Assembly (NCBI GenBank): GCA_900547465.1
Contig: URHJ01000005.1
Location: 1 to 52,530, forward strand
DNA: 52,530 nt
DNA from: an uncultured Mycoplasmatota bacterium
GTDB lineage: Bacteria; Bacillota_I; Bacilli_A; RF39; UBA660
Direction: 5' to 3'
In this document: piece after piece, positions 25,927 to 36,672 of the stretch
Numbering within the stretch: the first letter of the stretch is position 1
Layout of the letters: each line of letters begins with the position of its first letter
Made by a program: the position numbers and the translations under genes
The notes under the pieces: model-generated
What the model was told of the DNA's origin: nothing
The model's input: the letters and a program-made list of their open reading frames with translations, nothing else
Database searches by the model: none

Positions 25927-25958
25927 ACTGCACCTCATTAGTTAGAAAAGCTAACCAA

Positions 25959-26717
25959 CTAGTTAGCTTTCTTTTTTTGAATTCTATAAGTAATTCTAAG
26001 TAAAAATTTATCTGATACAAATCTACTAAAGAACTTAGCCATCTTCATTTTAAATCCCGGAATAATGAGCATTCTGTTTTTCTCAAGCATCATATCAATT
26101 GCATAACGAGCAACTCTCTTTGCGCTCATAGGTTTAACTGAAAACTTAACACCTGCAACATTATTAAAGTTTGTATCAACAGGTCCTGGGCATAAAACCG
26201 AAACATGCACATTGCTCTTTTTCTTTTTTAGTTCATAGTAGATAGCCTCAGTAAGACTATACACATAAGACTTAGTTGCATAATATGTACTCATTAAAGG
26301 TCCACCAGGCATAAAACCAGCCGAAGAAGCAACATTTAAAATATATCCACGATTATCTTTTTCCATAGATTTCAAACAATACTTAGTTAAAATATGTACA
26401 GCTTTTATATTTGTATCAATCATTTCTAAATCTTTATTTAACTCAGTATTGGTAAAATAACCAAAATCCCCAAATCCAGCATTATTGATTAGAAAGTCTA
26501 TATGTTCATTTTTTATTAACACACATAATTCTTTTACTTTTTGTTCATTACTAACATCTAAAACAATAATAGTAGTTTTTGTAGGTAAAGATTGTTGTAA
26601 TGCCTCAAGTTTTTCTTTATTTCTAGCCACTAAAATAAGTTCATATTTTTTACTAGCTAAATACTTAGCAAATTCTAATCCAATTCCACTAGAAGCTCCT
26701 GTAATTAGTGCCTTCAT
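25959..26717 (-). CDS. Short-chain dehydrogenase/reductase (classical SDR, DltE/YqjQ-like)
   Basis: TGASSGIG cofactor motif, NNAG, and the catalytic context S...YYATKSY. ATG 26717 has GAGGTG 6 nt upstream. The track start at 26738 lies upstream of the predicted TSS. Confidence 0.85.
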   Translation of the reverse strand: MKALITGASSGIGLEFAKYLASKKYELILVARNKEKLEALQQSLPTKTTIIVLDVSNEQKVKELCVLIKNEHIDFLINNAGFGDFGYFTNTELNKDLEMIDTNIKAVHILTKYCLKSMEKDNRGYILNVASSAGFMPGGPLMSTYYATKSYVYSLTEAIYYELKKKKSNVHVSVLCPGPVDTNFNNVAGVKFSVKPMSAKRVARYAIDMMLEKNRMLIIPGFKMKMAKFFSRFVSDKFLLRITYRIQKKKAN

Positions 26718-26739
26718 ATCAGTCACCTCACATAACATA

Positions 26740-26768
26740 ATTATACCAGAAAAACTATATATTTACAA
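26740..26768 (-). promoter_or_regulatory. Sigma-A promoter for the SDR / EcfA-like / truA transcription unit
   Basis: Minus strand reads TTGTAA, then a 17-nt spacer, then TATAAT preceded by TGg (extended -10). It overlaps the U-run of the rplQ terminator. Confidence 0.7.
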
Positions 26769-26792
26769 AAAAAAGACAGTAAATTCTGTCTT
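26766..26792 (-). terminator. Rho-independent terminator after rplQ
   Basis: Minus strand reads AGACAG-aattta-CTGTCT followed by TTTTTTTT. The stem overlaps the rplQ stop codon. Confidence 0.65.
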
Positions 26793-27162
26793 ATTTTGCC
26801 TCTACAGTAGCTTTTTCTTCATCCATTAATCTTAATAAAACGATTAAAGCGCCGTCTCCTCTTCTTTCATCAAGTTTTAAGATTTGAGTATAACCACCAT
26901 TACGGTTAGCATAACGTGGTGCTAACTCATGGAATATTTTATCAACAACTTTCTTATCATTGTGTAAGAAAGCCAAAGCCTTACGACGAGAAACTAAATC
27001 ACCTTTTTTACCATAAGTAATCATTTTTTCAGCACATCTACGAACTTCTTTAGCTCTAGTATCAGTTGTTTTAATACTACCATTATTAAAAAGTTGTTTA
27101 GTTAAAGTTGCAAGCATGCTTCTTCTATGTTTATTATCGCGTCCTAGTTTTCTATATGCCAC
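26791..27162 (-). CDS. rplQ: 50S ribosomal protein L17
   Basis: [20 protein letters not shown]...[16 protein letters not shown]. Confidence 0.97.
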   Translation of the reverse strand: MAYRKLGRDNKHRRSMLATLTKQLFNNGSIKTTDTRAKEVRRCAEKMITYGKKGDLVSRRKALAFLHNDKKVVDKIFHELAPRYANRNGGYTQILKLDERRGDGALIVLLRLMDEEKATVEAK

Positions 27163-27179
27163 AGTTATTCCTCCTTCTA

Positions 27180-28130
27180 TTAATCATCATCACGTAATAC
27201 TAGACCCATATCTCTAATCTTATCTAATACTTCTTTTAGAGATTTCTTACCTAGATTACGAATTTTCATCATATCTGTTTCACTCTTATTTACAAGATCT
27301 TGTAAAGTGTGAATTCCAGCTCTCTTTAAGCAGTTATATGCTCTTACAGAGAAGTCTAAATCTTCAATTGAAGTTTCTAATGCTTTTACTGCTGGATCTT
27401 CAGTTTTTTCAATCATCATTCCAGTAGCATCAGCAATAGATGATAAATCAGTAAGTATTTCAAAATGTTCAATTAAAATACGAGATGCTAAAGCGATAGC
27501 TTCTTCAGGTTTGATTGAACCATTTGTCCATACATTCATGATTAATTTATCATAACTTTCATTTTGTCCAACACGGGCATTACCAACTTCATAAGAAACT
27601 CTTTCAATTGGAGAATATAATGAATCAATAGCAATAACTCCCGCTTTTTTATAATCATATAATTTTTTATTTTCTTCACTTTTTACATATCCACGACCAT
27701 TAGTAACAGTCATTTCCATGCTTAAGTGACCACCTTTAGCTAAAGTTGCAATAACCTTATCTGGATTTATAACTTCAATATCTGCATCATGCTCGATATC
27801 ACCAGCAGTTACTTCACCTTCTTTAGAAACGTCAATACGAACAACTTTTGCCTCGTTAGTATGATTTTTAAATACTACTCCCTTTAAGTTTAGGATAATA
27901 GTAGTAACATCTTCATATACTCCTTCTATAGTTTGGAATTCATGAAGAACACCATCAATTTTAATACTACTAATTGCACTTCCAGGAAGTGAAGATAACA
28001 TAACACGTCTTAACGCATTACCTAAAGTAGTACCAAAACCTCTTTCTAATGGTTCTAATTCAAATTTTCCATAGAAATTACTTTCTACAGAATCAGTTAC
28101 TTTATAAACTGGTTTTTCAAATTGTAACAT
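27180..28130 (-). CDS. rpoA: DNA-directed RNA polymerase subunit alpha
   Basis: [31 protein letters not shown] and the C-terminal domain [16 protein letters not shown]. Confidence 0.97.
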   Translation of the reverse strand: MLQFEKPVYKVTDSVESNFYGKFELEPLERGFGTTLGNALRRVMLSSLPGSAISSIKIDGVLHEFQTIEGVYEDVTTIILNLKGVVFKNHTNEAKVVRIDVSKEGEVTAGDIEHDADIEVINPDKVIATLAKGGHLSMEMTVTNGRGYVKSEENKKLYDYKKAGVIAIDSLYSPIERVSYEVGNARVGQNESYDKLIMNVWTNGSIKPEEAIALASRILIEHFEILTDLSSIADATGMMIEKTEDPAVKALETSIEDLDFSVRAYNCLKRAGIHTLQDLVNKSETDMMKIRNLGKKSLKEVLDKIRDMGLVLRDDD

Positions 28131-28153
28131 GAAACTAACCTCCCTTTAATTAA

Positions 28154-28537
28154 TTAACCACGTGGTCTTTTTGGTGGACGACATCCGTTGTGTGGTATTG
28201 GTGTTACATCGTAAATTGCAGTTACTTCAAGTCCTGCAGTTGATAATGAACGAATAGCTGTTTCACGACCAGGTCCTAAACCTTTAACGTATACTTCAAC
28301 CTTACGCATACCCATATCATAAGCTGCCTTTCCTGCAGCTTCAGCAGCCATTCCAGCAGCAAATGGAGTAGATTTCTTACTTCCCTTAAATCCAATTCCA
28401 CCTGGAGCAGACCAACTAATTGCATTACCATCTTTATCTGTTATAGTAACAATTGTATTATTAAATGTTGAATGAATGTGTGCTACACCTTCAGGAACAT
28501 TCTTTTTAACTTTTTTCTTTCTAGTCTTATAAGCCAT
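28154..28537 (-). CDS. rpsK: 30S ribosomal protein S11
   Basis: [20 protein letters not shown] and [10 protein letters not shown]. Confidence 0.97.
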   Translation of the reverse strand: MAYKTRKKKVKKNVPEGVAHIHSTFNNTIVTITDKDGNAISWSAPGGIGFKGSKKSTPFAAGMAAEAAGKAAYDMGMRKVEVYVKGLGPGRETAIRSLSTAGLEVTAIYDVTPIPHNGCRPPKRPRG

Positions 28538-28569
28538 AAGATTAACCTCCTTTTTTTATTTATTAATCA

Positions 28570-28938
28570 CTATACCTTTTTCTTATTTGCTACAGTCTTA
28601 CCCTTACCCTTACGAGTTCTAGCATTGCGATTTGTTCTTTGACCTCTAACAGGTAATCCTTTTTTATGACGAGATCCTTCATAAGAATTAATTTCCATCT
28701 TAGTTTTAATATTCATATTAACTTCACGACGTAAGTCACCTTCAGTCAAATGTTTATTAATTTCATCACGAAGTCTAATTAATTCTTCTTGAGTTACATC
28801 TTTAGTCTTCTTTGTTGGTTCAACTCCTGCATCCTTACAAATTACTTTAGCAAGACTTCTACCAATTCCATAGATATAAGTTAACGAAATAACGATATGT
28901 TTATCATTTGGAATATCTACACCTTTAATACGTGCCAT
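28570..28938 (-). CDS. rpsM: 30S ribosomal protein S13
   Basis: [26 protein letters not shown]. Confidence 0.97.
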   Translation of the reverse strand: MARIKGVDIPNDKHIVISLTYIYGIGRSLAKVICKDAGVEPTKKTKDVTQEELIRLRDEINKHLTEGDLRREVNMNIKTKMEINSYEGSRHKKGLPVRGQRTNRNARTRKGKGKTVANKKKV

Positions 28939-28957
28939 TTAATACACCTCCTATAAA

Positions 28958-29071
28958 TTATCCTTGTCTTTGTTTGTGTTTTGGATTTTCACAAATAACT
29001 CTAATTTTACCTTTTCTTTTTACAATTTTGCATTTTTCACAAATTTTCTTCACAGATGATTGTACTTTCAT
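28958..29071 (-). CDS. rpmJ: 50S ribosomal protein L36
   Basis: Not in the ORF track because it is too short. My translation is [46 protein letters not shown] upstream. Confidence 0.93.
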   Translation of the reverse strand: MKVQSSVKKICEKCKIVKRKGKIRVICENPKHKQRQG

Positions 29072-29083
29072 TTTAATTCCTCC

Positions 29084-29299
29084 TCATTTACGATAGGTAA
29101 TACGCCCACGTGTTAAATCATAAGGTGATAATTCGACCATTACAGTATCCCCTGCTAAGATGCGAATATAGTGCATTCGTATTTTACCAGAAACGTGGGC
29201 TTCTATAATGTGTCCATTTTCAAGTTGAACTTTGAATTTACCACCAGGTATTATTTCAAGGACTTTTCCTTCTACTTCAATTGAATCTTCTTTAGCCAT
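29084..29299 (-). CDS. infA: Translation initiation factor IF-1
   Basis: [13 protein letters not shown]...[39 protein letters not shown]. Confidence 0.97.
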   Translation of the reverse strand: MAKEDSIEVEGKVLEIIPGGKFKVQLENGHIIEAHVSGKIRMHYIRILAGDTVMVELSPYDLTRGRITYRK

Positions 29300-29303
29300 C
29301 TTT

Positions 29304-30050
29304 TCACTCTCCTGTTAAGATTTCATAACCATCCGCAGTTACTACCACTGTATGCTCAAAGTGAGCTGCTGGATGACCATCCATTGTAACTACTGTCCAA
29401 TCATCATCTAATAATTCAACTCTTGGACTTTTAGCAGTCAACATTGGTTCAACTGCAATTGTCATTCCCTCACGCAATCTAATTCCAGTATTTGGAATAC
29501 CGTAATTAGGAACATCAGGATCTTCATGCAAATTAGTACCAATTCCATGTCCACACAATTCACGAACAACGCCTAAACCATTAGCTTCAGCATATTTGCT
29601 AATTGCGTACCCAATATCACCAATTCTATTTCCTGGTTTAACTTGTTCTAGACCAACATAAAGTGATTTTTCAGTATGTTCCATAAGATGAGCTTTTTCT
29701 TCATCAATCTCACCTATAGCATAACTCCAAGCAGAATCACCATGATAGCCTTTATAACAAGCACATATATCAAGAGTAACAATATCTCCAGCCTCTATTT
29801 TTCTACTACCTGCAATTCCGTGAACAACTTCATCATTAACAGAAATACATATAGCAGCAGGATAACCTTCATAACCCTTACAAGATGGAGTAGCATCTAA
29901 ACTTCGAATATATTTATCAGCTAAATCATCTATTTCTTGAGTGGTAATACCAGGTTTTAAATAATCTTTCAAATATTGATGTGTTTTATAGACAATATTA
30001 CCAGCTATACGCATCAATTCAATTTCTCTATCACTTTTAACAGTAATCAC
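29304..30050 (-). CDS. map: Type I methionine aminopeptidase
   Basis: The metal-ligand contexts DIVTLD, GYHGDS, CGHGIG and TIAVEPM are all present. Confidence 0.95.
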   Translation of the reverse strand: MITVKSDREIELMRIAGNIVYKTHQYLKDYLKPGITTQEIDDLADKYIRSLDATPSCKGYEGYPAAICISVNDEVVHGIAGSRKIEAGDIVTLDICACYKGYHGDSAWSYAIGEIDEEKAHLMEHTEKSLYVGLEQVKPGNRIGDIGYAISKYAEANGLGVVRELCGHGIGTNLHEDPDVPNYGIPNTGIRLREGMTIAVEPMLTAKSPRVELLDDDWTVVTMDGHPAAHFEHTVVVTADGYEILTGE

Positions 30051-30712
30051 TTTTGATCATCTCCACTGATAATATTATCTATTTGTTCGAATACAAGATC
30101 TTTTGGTTTATTACCATCAATCTCATATAAAACACCTTGTTTTTTATAATGTTCAATAATTGGAGAAACCTTCTCAGAATAAAGTTGATATCTATTTTCA
30201 AAAGCTTCCAAATTATCATCATTACGTTGATAAAGTCTACCTCCACAAATATCACATACAGAATCAACTTGTGGAGCACTTTCTTTATTATTTATATTAT
30301 AAACAGCATCACAGTTTTCACAAACTCTTCTTCCAATTACCCTTTTTTCCAATGTTTTTTTCTCAATATTAATTAAAAATACATTACCAATATCATATCC
30401 TAATCGTTTTAAAATCTCATCATATCTAACTGCCTGTTCTATACTTCTAGGAAATCCATCAATAATAAAACCATTTTTACAATCTTTACGACTTAATCTT
30501 TTTTCAATTAATTGATATGTAATTTCATCTTTAACTAACTCGCCACTTGATAATACTTCAGAAACATATTCACCTAATTCACTATTATCTTCAGCGATAT
30601 CTCTAAGAATATCACCAGTAGAAATATGAGGTATATGATATTTCTCTACTATCAAATCAGCTTGAGTCCCCTTACCTGCAGCAGGAGGGGCAATAAACAT
30701 AATATTCTTCAT
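30047..30712 (-). CDS. adk: Adenylate kinase (long form with Cys4 zinc lid)
   Basis: GKGTQ, ISTGDILR, GFIIDGFPR, and lid CENCDAVY...CDICGGRL. ATGA overlap with the secY stop. The P-loop is unusual (see findings). Confidence 0.93.
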   Translation of the reverse strand: MKNIMFIAPPAAGKGTQADLIVEKYHIPHISTGDILRDIAEDNSELGEYVSEVLSSGELVKDEITYQLIEKRLSRKDCKNGFIIDGFPRSIEQAVRYDEILKRLGYDIGNVFLINIEKKTLEKRVIGRRVCENCDAVYNINNKESAPQVDSVCDICGGRLYQRNDDNLEAFENRYQLYSEKVSPIIEHYKKQGVLYEIDGNKPKDLVFEQIDNIISGDDQK

Positions 30713-31980
30713 CGTCTACTATAACCTCTTCTATAATTTCTAGCAAGTAAACTTCCTTCTAATTGCTTATATGTTTCTAAAGCAACACCAACCACAATCA
30801 AAAGTCCAGTACCACCAATTGATACAGATGTAGGCATACTAGTAAAGTTTGAGAACAGTATTGGAATTCCCGCAATCATAACCAAGAATACAGCACCTAA
30901 AACAGTAAGTCTAGATAAAACTCTATTTAAATACTTTTTAGTATCAGTACCAGGTCTAACACCAGGTATAAATCCACCATTTTCTTGTAAGTTTTTAGAG
31001 AATTCTTCAGGTTTCAATTGGATAAATGTATAAAAATAAGCAAATAAGAATATTAATATTACATATATAATAAATCCAACTGGAGTATTGTAACTAAAAT
31101 ATTTAGATACAAACATTGAAAATTTTTCATTCTTCACAACTTGAGCAATAATTCCTGGAACAGAAATCAAACTAGATGCAAAGATAACTGGAATAACACC
31201 TGCCGTATTTATTCTAATAGGCATAAATGATTGATTTGCTTTTCCATAAGCAGATGTAGATTTATTAGCATATTGAATAGGTATTCTTCTTTCAGATTCT
31301 TGAACAAAAATCATACCAATAACAATAGCAAAATAAACAACTACAAATAATATAAATTTAGTAATTCCAAATGCTGTTGTTTGAGCAGTATCAAAAGTAA
31401 CTAAACTTTGAAATGCTGTAACAAACATTTGAGGAAGAGTTGCTATAATACCAGCCATAATAATTAAACTAGTACCATTTCCTATTCCTTTTTGAGTAAT
31501 CTGATCACCTAACCATAACAAGAATGAAGTACCTGCAGTAAGAACAGTAGCAATATACAAATATTGCATTGGATCCCCACTTTTACCTATAAATGCAAAT
31601 GCAAATGCATATCCTTCAATAAAAGCAAATAATATACCAATATATCTTGTTATTTGATTCAATTTTTGACGACCAGAATGACCTTGCTTACTTAATTCAG
31701 TAAAGTAAGGTATAACATCCATTTGCAAAAGTTGCATAATGATAGATGCTGTAATATAAGGCATAACACCTAAAGCAAAGATTGAAAAGTTTTTTAACGC
31801 TCCTCCACCCATAGTATTCAAAAGTTCTAAAAATCCTAAATTTGTACCCAAATTCTCAGTACCAGGAACTCTAATTGAAATACCTAGAATAAAGATAACT
31901 AAAGCTGCCAATGTAAAATATATTCTATGACGTAAATCTTTATTATTATGGGTAAATAATTGCTTCATGGTTTTAAACAT
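30709..31980 (-). CDS. secY: Preprotein translocase subunit SecY
   Basis: Ten-TM protein with FALGVMPYITASIIMQLL and GNGTSLIIMAGI. Confidence 0.97.
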   Translation of the reverse strand: MFKTMKQLFTHNNKDLRHRIYFTLAALVIFILGISIRVPGTENLGTNLGFLELLNTMGGGALKNFSIFALGVMPYITASIIMQLLQMDVIPYFTELSKQGHSGRQKLNQITRYIGILFAFIEGYAFAFAFIGKSGDPMQYLYIATVLTAGTSFLLWLGDQITQKGIGNGTSLIIMAGIIATLPQMFVTAFQSLVTFDTAQTTAFGITKFILFVVVYFAIVIGMIFVQESERRIPIQYANKSTSAYGKANQSFMPIRINTAGVIPVIFASSLISVPGIIAQVVKNEKFSMFVSKYFSYNTPVGFIIYVILIFLFAYFYTFIQLKPEEFSKNLQENGGFIPGVRPGTDTKKYLNRVLSRLTVLGAVFLVMIAGIPILFSNFTSMPTSVSIGGTGLLIVVGVALETYKQLEGSLLARNYRRGYSRR

Positions 31981-31981
31981 C

Positions 31982-32425
31982 TTAGATCACCTCAGCTTTG
32001 CTTCCGCTTTCTTTGATCTTTTCTAAAGCACTAGCAGAAAATTTATGAGCTTGAATTGTTAATTTCTTCTCAAGTTTTCCATTTCCTAATACTTTAATAC
32101 CCTTTAATTGTTTTTTTATTATTCCTTTTTCTTTTAATAATGCTGGTGTAACAACAGTACCATTATCAAACTTATTTAAATCACTAATATTAATTACTGC
32201 ATATTCAGTTTTAAATAAGTAATTTGAGAAACCTCTCTTAGGAAGTCTTCTATATAAAGGTAATTGCCCACCTTCAAATACTGGACTAATACTAACACCA
32301 CTACGTGCTTTTTGTCCCTTTTGTCCCTTACCAGAAGTCTTTCCAAGACCACTTCCACGTCCACATCCTAGACGTTTTTTTCTATGTGTAGCACCAATAT
32401 TTTTTTCTAATTCATGTAACTTCAT
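31982..32425 (-). CDS. rplO: 50S ribosomal protein L15
   Basis: MKLHEL...[22 protein letters not shown]...[17 protein letters not shown]. Confidence 0.97.
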   Translation of the reverse strand: MKLHELEKNIGATHRKKRLGCGRGSGLGKTSGKGQKGQKARSGVSISPVFEGGQLPLYRRLPKRGFSNYLFKTEYAVINISDLNKFDNGTVVTPALLKEKGIIKKQLKGIKVLGNGKLEKKLTIQAHKFSASALEKIKESGSKAEVI

Positions 32426-32931
32426 TATCCTAATATCTCCTCTACTGACTTACCACGTAATCTAGCAACTTCTTCAGGTGTTTTAATAGATTGAAGTGCA
32501 TTTAACGCAGCTCTTGCCATATTTAATTTTGTTCTTGCTCCAAGGGACTTTGAAACAATATCACGAACTCCTGCTAATTCAAGAACAGCACGAACAGAAC
32601 CACCAGCAATAATACCAGTACCAGCTTTAGCAGGTTTAATAATAACCTTAGCAGCTCCAGCAGTACCAATAGCTTCATGAGCAACTGTTCTACCATCAAT
32701 TAAAGGAATTTTAATGATGTTCTTATTAGCATCTTGAATAGCCTTTTTAATTGCATCAGGTACTTCATTAGCTTTACCAATACCTAATCCAACACGACCT
32801 TTTCTGTCACCGACAACAACGATAGCAGAAAATCTTCTTTGACGTCCACCTTTAGTAACCTTTACGACACTTTTGATGTCAATAACTAATTCTTCTAAAG
32901 TTTTGTCTTTATCTTGTGCTTTTCTTTGCAT
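32425..32931 (-). CDS. rpsE: 30S ribosomal protein S5
   Basis: [38 protein letters not shown]. Confidence 0.97.
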   Translation of the reverse strand: MQRKAQDKDKTLEELVIDIKSVVKVTKGGRQRRFSAIVVVGDRKGRVGLGIGKANEVPDAIKKAIQDANKNIIKIPLIDGRTVAHEAIGTAGAAKVIIKPAKAGTGIIAGGSVRAVLELAGVRDIVSKSLGARTKLNMARAALNALQSIKTPEEVARLRGKSVEEILG

Positions 32932-32943
32932 AATAACCTCCTA

Positions 32944-33306
32944 TTAGAATTCTAATCCATTCTCGCGTGCAGCTTCAGCTAAAGCCTTTACACGACCATG
33001 ATAAAGATATCCACCTCTATCAAATACTACTTTTGTTATCTTTGCTTTAGAAGCTTTCTTAGCTATAGCTTCTCCAACAACCTTAGCTGCTTCAATATTG
33101 CTTCCATTTTTAAGTTTTAAACTCTTATCAAGTGATGAAGCAGAACAAAGAGTAGTCTTAGCTTCGTCATCTATAATTTGTGCATAAATTCCAGTATTAG
33201 AACGGAATACACATAATCTAGGCATTTCAGCAGTACCCATGATTTTAGAACGAATTCTTTCATGACGTACAACACGCATACTATTACGAGATTTTTTATT
33301 AATCAT
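32944..33306 (-). CDS. rplR: 50S ribosomal protein L18
   Basis: [29 protein letters not shown] and [23 protein letters not shown]. Confidence 0.97.
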   Translation of the reverse strand: MINKKSRNSMRVVRHERIRSKIMGTAEMPRLCVFRSNTGIYAQIIDDEAKTTLCSASSLDKSLKLKNGSNIEAAKVVGEAIAKKASKAKITKVVFDRGGYLYHGRVKALAEAARENGLEF

Positions 33307-33332
33307 AATTTTTTCTCCCTTCTATCTACTAA

Positions 33333-33863
33333 CTAAGCAGCTTTCTTTCCTTCTTTACGACGAATATGTTCATCTTTGTAACGAATACCTTTACCCTTAT
33401 ATGGTTCAGGTTTTCTTACCTTTCTTATATTAGCAGCAAATTCACCAACTAATACTTTGTCAATTCCCTTAACAGTAATTTCTGTATTACCATTAGCTTC
33501 TACTGTTAAACCTTCAGGAATTTCCATTTCAACTGGATGAGAATATCCAGCATTGATAACTAATTTCTTACCTTGAACATTGAAACGATAACCAACACCA
33601 ACTATTTCAAGACCTTTTTCATAACCCTTAGTAACACCAATAATCATATTTTCTACTAAAGAGTTCATAGTACCATGCATAGCCTTAGCAGCTTCATTTT
33701 TACGTTCTAATCTAATTTCGTTACCTTCTTGCTTCATAGTAATATCTTTTAACATTACTTGTCTTAATTCACCTTTAGGTCCTTTAACTATAACCTCATT
33801 ATTTTCTTCTGTAACAGTAACTCCTTCAGGAATTACTATAACACGATTTCCAATACGACTCAT
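33333..33863 (-). CDS. rplF: 50S ribosomal protein L6
   Basis: MSRIGNRVI.IPEGVTV and PEPYKGKGIRY.DE.IRRKEGK. Confidence 0.97.
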   Translation of the reverse strand: MSRIGNRVIVIPEGVTVTEENNEVIVKGPKGELRQVMLKDITMKQEGNEIRLERKNEAAKAMHGTMNSLVENMIIGVTKGYEKGLEIVGVGYRFNVQGKKLVINAGYSHPVEMEIPEGLTVEANGNTEITVKGIDKVLVGEFAANIRKVRKPEPYKGKGIRYKDEHIRRKEGKKAA

Positions 33864-33889
33864 TTTGACACCTCCTTATATTTCTTTTA

Positions 33890-34291
33890 TTACCAAATAT
33901 AAGCTAGAACTTCCCCACCTATATTTTGCTTACGAGCTTCCTTATCAGTCATGATTCCTTTAGATGTAGAAATAATAGCTATTCCTAAACCATTAAGAAC
34001 CATAGGAATTTCATCATTTTTCGCATATACACGAAGTCCTGGTTTGGAAATTCTCTTAAGTCCAGTGATAACTCTCTCACGTTTATCTGTATATTTTAAA
34101 TTTAATACAAGAGTACCTTGAACATTATCTTTTTCTAATTTGTAATCTTTTATAAATCCTTCTTCTTTTAAAATTCTAGCTATTTCACTTTTAACATTAG
34201 AAGCAGGAACTTTTACTTCTTCATAACGCATTTGATTAGCATTACGAATACGTGTTAACATATCTGCAATTGTATCTGTTACTACTGCCAT
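33890..34291 (-). CDS. rpsH: 30S ribosomal protein S8
   Basis: [18 protein letters not shown] and [12 protein letters not shown] 34291 has AGGAGGAG SD. The track start at 34312 is an upstream extension. Confidence 0.96.
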   Translation of the reverse strand: MAVVTDTIADMLTRIRNANQMRYEEVKVPASNVKSEIARILKEEGFIKDYKLEKDNVQGTLVLNLKYTDKRERVITGLKRISKPGLRVYAKNDEIPMVLNGLGIAIISTSKGIMTDKEARKQNIGGEVLAYIW

Positions 34292-34312
34292 AATTTGTCT
34301 CCTCCTTTCCAA

Positions 34313-34498
34313 TTACCAACTTGATTTTTTTATTCCTGGTATTTGTCCTTTATAAGCTAATTCACGAAAGCAAATACGGCATATACCGAACTTACTCATA
34401 ACAGCATGTGGTCTACCACAACGTGAGCATCTAGTGTATTCACGTACTTTAAACTTTTGTGGTCTATTAGCTTTTACAATCATACTTTTTTTTGCCAT
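34313..34498 (-). CDS. rpsN: 30S ribosomal protein S14, type Z (zinc-binding, 61 aa)
   Basis: [33 protein letters not shown]...[22 protein letters not shown], with a Cys4 motif. The start at 34498 is trimmed from the track ORF. Confidence 0.96.
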   Translation of the reverse strand: MAKKSMIVKANRPQKFKVREYTRCSRCGRPHAVMSKFGICRICFRELAYKGQIPGIKKSSW

Positions 34499-34511
34499 TT
34501 TTACCCTCCAA

Positions 34512-35051
34512 TTACTTTCTAAAAGGAATTCCAAGTCCATTTAATAAGTCAAATGATTCCTCATTAGTTTTTGCTGTTGTAACGAACACGATATCCATAC
34601 CGCGAACCTTAACTATTTCATCATAATCAATTTCAGCGAAAATCAATTGTTCTTTAATACCCATAGTATAGTTTCCTCTACCATCAAATGCACGAGGTGA
34701 AACTCCTCTAAAGTCACGTACTTGAGGAAGTGAAATTGAAATTAACTTATCCATAAAGTTATACATATTTTCTCCTCTTAATGTAACTTTACATCCGATT
34801 GATTGACCTTCTCTTACTTTAAATCCAGCAATTGACTTTCTAGCCTTTGTAATTACTGGTTTTTGTCCTGAAATTTTTGCTAAATCAGCAACAGCTGCAT
34901 CTAATAATTTAGAATTAGTAGTAGCATCTCCTACTCCCATATTAATAACTATTTTTTCTAGTTTAGGAGCCTCCATAACTGATTTATAATTATATTTACT
35001 CATTAAACTTGGAACTACTTCATTTAAGTATTTTTCTTTTAGGCGGTTCAT
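34512..35051 (-). CDS. rplE: 50S ribosomal protein L5
   Basis: MNRLKEKY...[14 protein letters not shown] and [19 protein letters not shown]. Confidence 0.97.
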   Translation of the reverse strand: MNRLKEKYLNEVVPSLMSKYNYKSVMEAPKLEKIVINMGVGDATTNSKLLDAAVADLAKISGQKPVITKARKSIAGFKVREGQSIGCKVTLRGENMYNFMDKLISISLPQVRDFRGVSPRAFDGRGNYTMGIKEQLIFAEIDYDEIVKVRGMDIVFVTTAKTNEESFDLLNGLGIPFRK

Positions 35052-35069
35052 AAGTTACCCTCCTTTCAA

Positions 35070-35378
35070 TTAATCAAGCTTCTCGTTTGATTTTTTTGCT
35101 ATTCTTATTTTCTTACCATTTTTTTCTGTTGTATGTCCTATTCTAGTTCTTTTCTTAGATTTAGGATCAATAATCATAACATTAGATGCATGAATAGGAG
35201 CTTCTACTTCAACTATTCCACCAGCTTGTTGTCCATTTGGTTTAACATGTTTCTTAACAATATGTACACCTTCAACAACTACACGGTTTTCACTTCTTAA
35301 TGTCTTAATAATTTTTCCTTCTTTTCCCTTGTCAGAACCAGCGATAACTACAACCTTATCTCCAACTTTTAAGTTCAT
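35070..35378 (-). CDS. rplX: 50S ribosomal protein L24
   Basis: KVGDKVVVIAGSDKGKEG.I and EAPIHASNVM. Confidence 0.97.
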   Translation of the reverse strand: MNLKVGDKVVVIAGSDKGKEGKIIKTLRSENRVVVEGVHIVKKHVKPNGQQAGGIVEVEAPIHASNVMIIDPKSKKRTRIGHTTEKNGKKIRIAKKSNEKLD

Positions 35379-35391
35379 ATTTATCCTCCTA

Positions 35392-35760
35392 TTATAGTAC
35401 TTCTTTTGCTAAAGATACTATTTTCATATAATCTTTATCACGAAGTTCTCTTGCAACTGGTCCAAAGATACGAGTTCCTACTGGACTCTTGTCATCTTTA
35501 ATGATAACACAAGCATTGTCATCGAACTTAATATAACTTCCATCTTCACGACGAACACCTTGACGGCTACGAACGATAACTGCTTTTACAACTTTTCCTT
35601 TTTTCATGTTTGAATTTGGTAAAGCATTCTTTACTGTACCAACAACAACATCTCCGATATTTCCAGTTTTAACATGACTTCCACCAAGTACACGAATTAC
35701 TAATAATTCACGAGCCCCAGAGTTGTCAGCAACCTTCATACGACTTTCTTGTTGTAACAT
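35392..35760 (-). CDS. rplN: 50S ribosomal protein L14
   Basis: [27 protein letters not shown]. Confidence 0.97.
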   Translation of the reverse strand: MLQQESRMKVADNSGARELLVIRVLGGSHVKTGNIGDVVVGTVKNALPNSNMKKGKVVKAVIVRSRQGVRREDGSYIKFDDNACVIIKDDKSPVGTRIFGPVARELRDKDYMKIVSLAKEVL

Positions 35761-35783
35761 AATTATTCCTCCTCACCTAAGCG

Positions 35784-36044
35784 TTAAATAATAACTGCTT
35801 CTTTTACTATTTCTTTTAAATAGAAATGCTTAGTTTTTGAAATTGGTCTTGTAGATACAATTCTAACTACATCTCCAACTTTAGCTTTATTTGTTTCATC
35901 ATGAACACAATATTTCTTAGAGCTTTTAACTCTTTTATGATATAATGGATGTTTTTTATAAGTTTCAACTAAAACAGTAATTGTCTTATTATTAGTTGCA
36001 CTAACTACTTTTCCAACGAATTCTTTCTTTATCGCTTTTTCCAT
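35784..36044 (-). CDS. rpsQ: 30S ribosomal protein S17
   Basis: GKVVS....[26 protein letters not shown]. Confidence 0.97.
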   Translation of the reverse strand: MEKAIKKEFVGKVVSATNNKTITVLVETYKKHPLYHKRVKSSKKYCVHDETNKAKVGDVVRIVSTRPISKTKHFYLKEIVKEAVII

Positions 36045-36055
36045 ACTCCATCCTC

Positions 36056-36250
36056 CTATTCATTAACTTCGCGTTCTTTAAGAACGGTTTTCATTCTAGC
36101 AACGGTGTGTCTTAATTCTCTGATTCTTGAAGGTTTTTCAAGAGTACCTGTAGCTTGTTGAAAACGTAAGTTAAATAACTCTTCTTTAGTCTCTACTATC
36201 TTCTTTTGAATTTCTTCAGTAGATAATTCTCTAATTTCTTTAACCTTCAT
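36056..36250 (-). CDS. rpmC: 50S ribosomal protein L29
   Basis: [13 protein letters not shown]...[17 protein letters not shown] 36250 lies directly after the rplP stop. The track start at 36265 would overlap rplP. Confidence 0.95.
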   Translation of the reverse strand: MKVKEIRELSTEEIQKKIVETKEELFNLRFQQATGTLEKPSRIRELRHTVARMKTVLKEREVNE

Positions 36251-36251
36251 A

Positions 36252-36671
36252 TTATTCACCACCATTTTCTTTCTTTACAAATTTTGTGGTAACTGGTAAC
36301 TTGTGAGATGCAAGTCTTAATGCTTCACGAGCAACTTCTTCGCTAACTCCAGAAATTTCAAACATAATTTTTCCTTCCTTAACTACTGCTACCCAACCTT
36401 CAACATTACCTTTACCTTTACCTTGACGAGTACCAATTGGTTTCTTTGTTAGTGGCATATGTGGGAATATATTAATCCAAACTTTACCACCACGTTTCAT
36501 ATAACGAGTCATAGCAACACGAGCAGCTTCTATTTGGTTAGCTGTAATCCAAGCACCTTTTTTAGCTTGAAGACCATATTCACCAAAGCTTAATGTTGTA
36601 TTACCTCTAGACTTTCCTTCATGAGGTAATCTATGAACACGACGATACTTTGTTCTTGATGGTATCAACAT
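36252..36671 (-). CDS. rplP: 50S ribosomal protein L16
   Basis: [14 protein letters not shown] and [21 protein letters not shown]. Confidence 0.97.
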   Translation of the reverse strand: MLIPSRTKYRRVHRLPHEGKSRGNTTLSFGEYGLQAKKGAWITANQIEAARVAMTRYMKRGGKVWINIFPHMPLTKKPIGTRQGKGKGNVEGWVAVVKEGKIMFEISGVSEEVAREALRLASHKLPVTTKFVKKENGGE

Positions 36672-36672
36672 A

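Noticed and set aside
26485-26829. 114-aa + strand ORF spanning the SDR gene start, its promoter and the rplQ end.
   Set aside because: It runs antisense through a promoter/terminator region and two real genes, and its translation is low complexity.
29676-30376. Short ORFs 29676-29900 (+), 30079-30279 (-), 30137-30376 (+) and 30160-30372 (+) overlapping map and adk.
   Set aside because: They are embedded in, or antisense to, well-supported map and adk coding frames. They have no independent signals.
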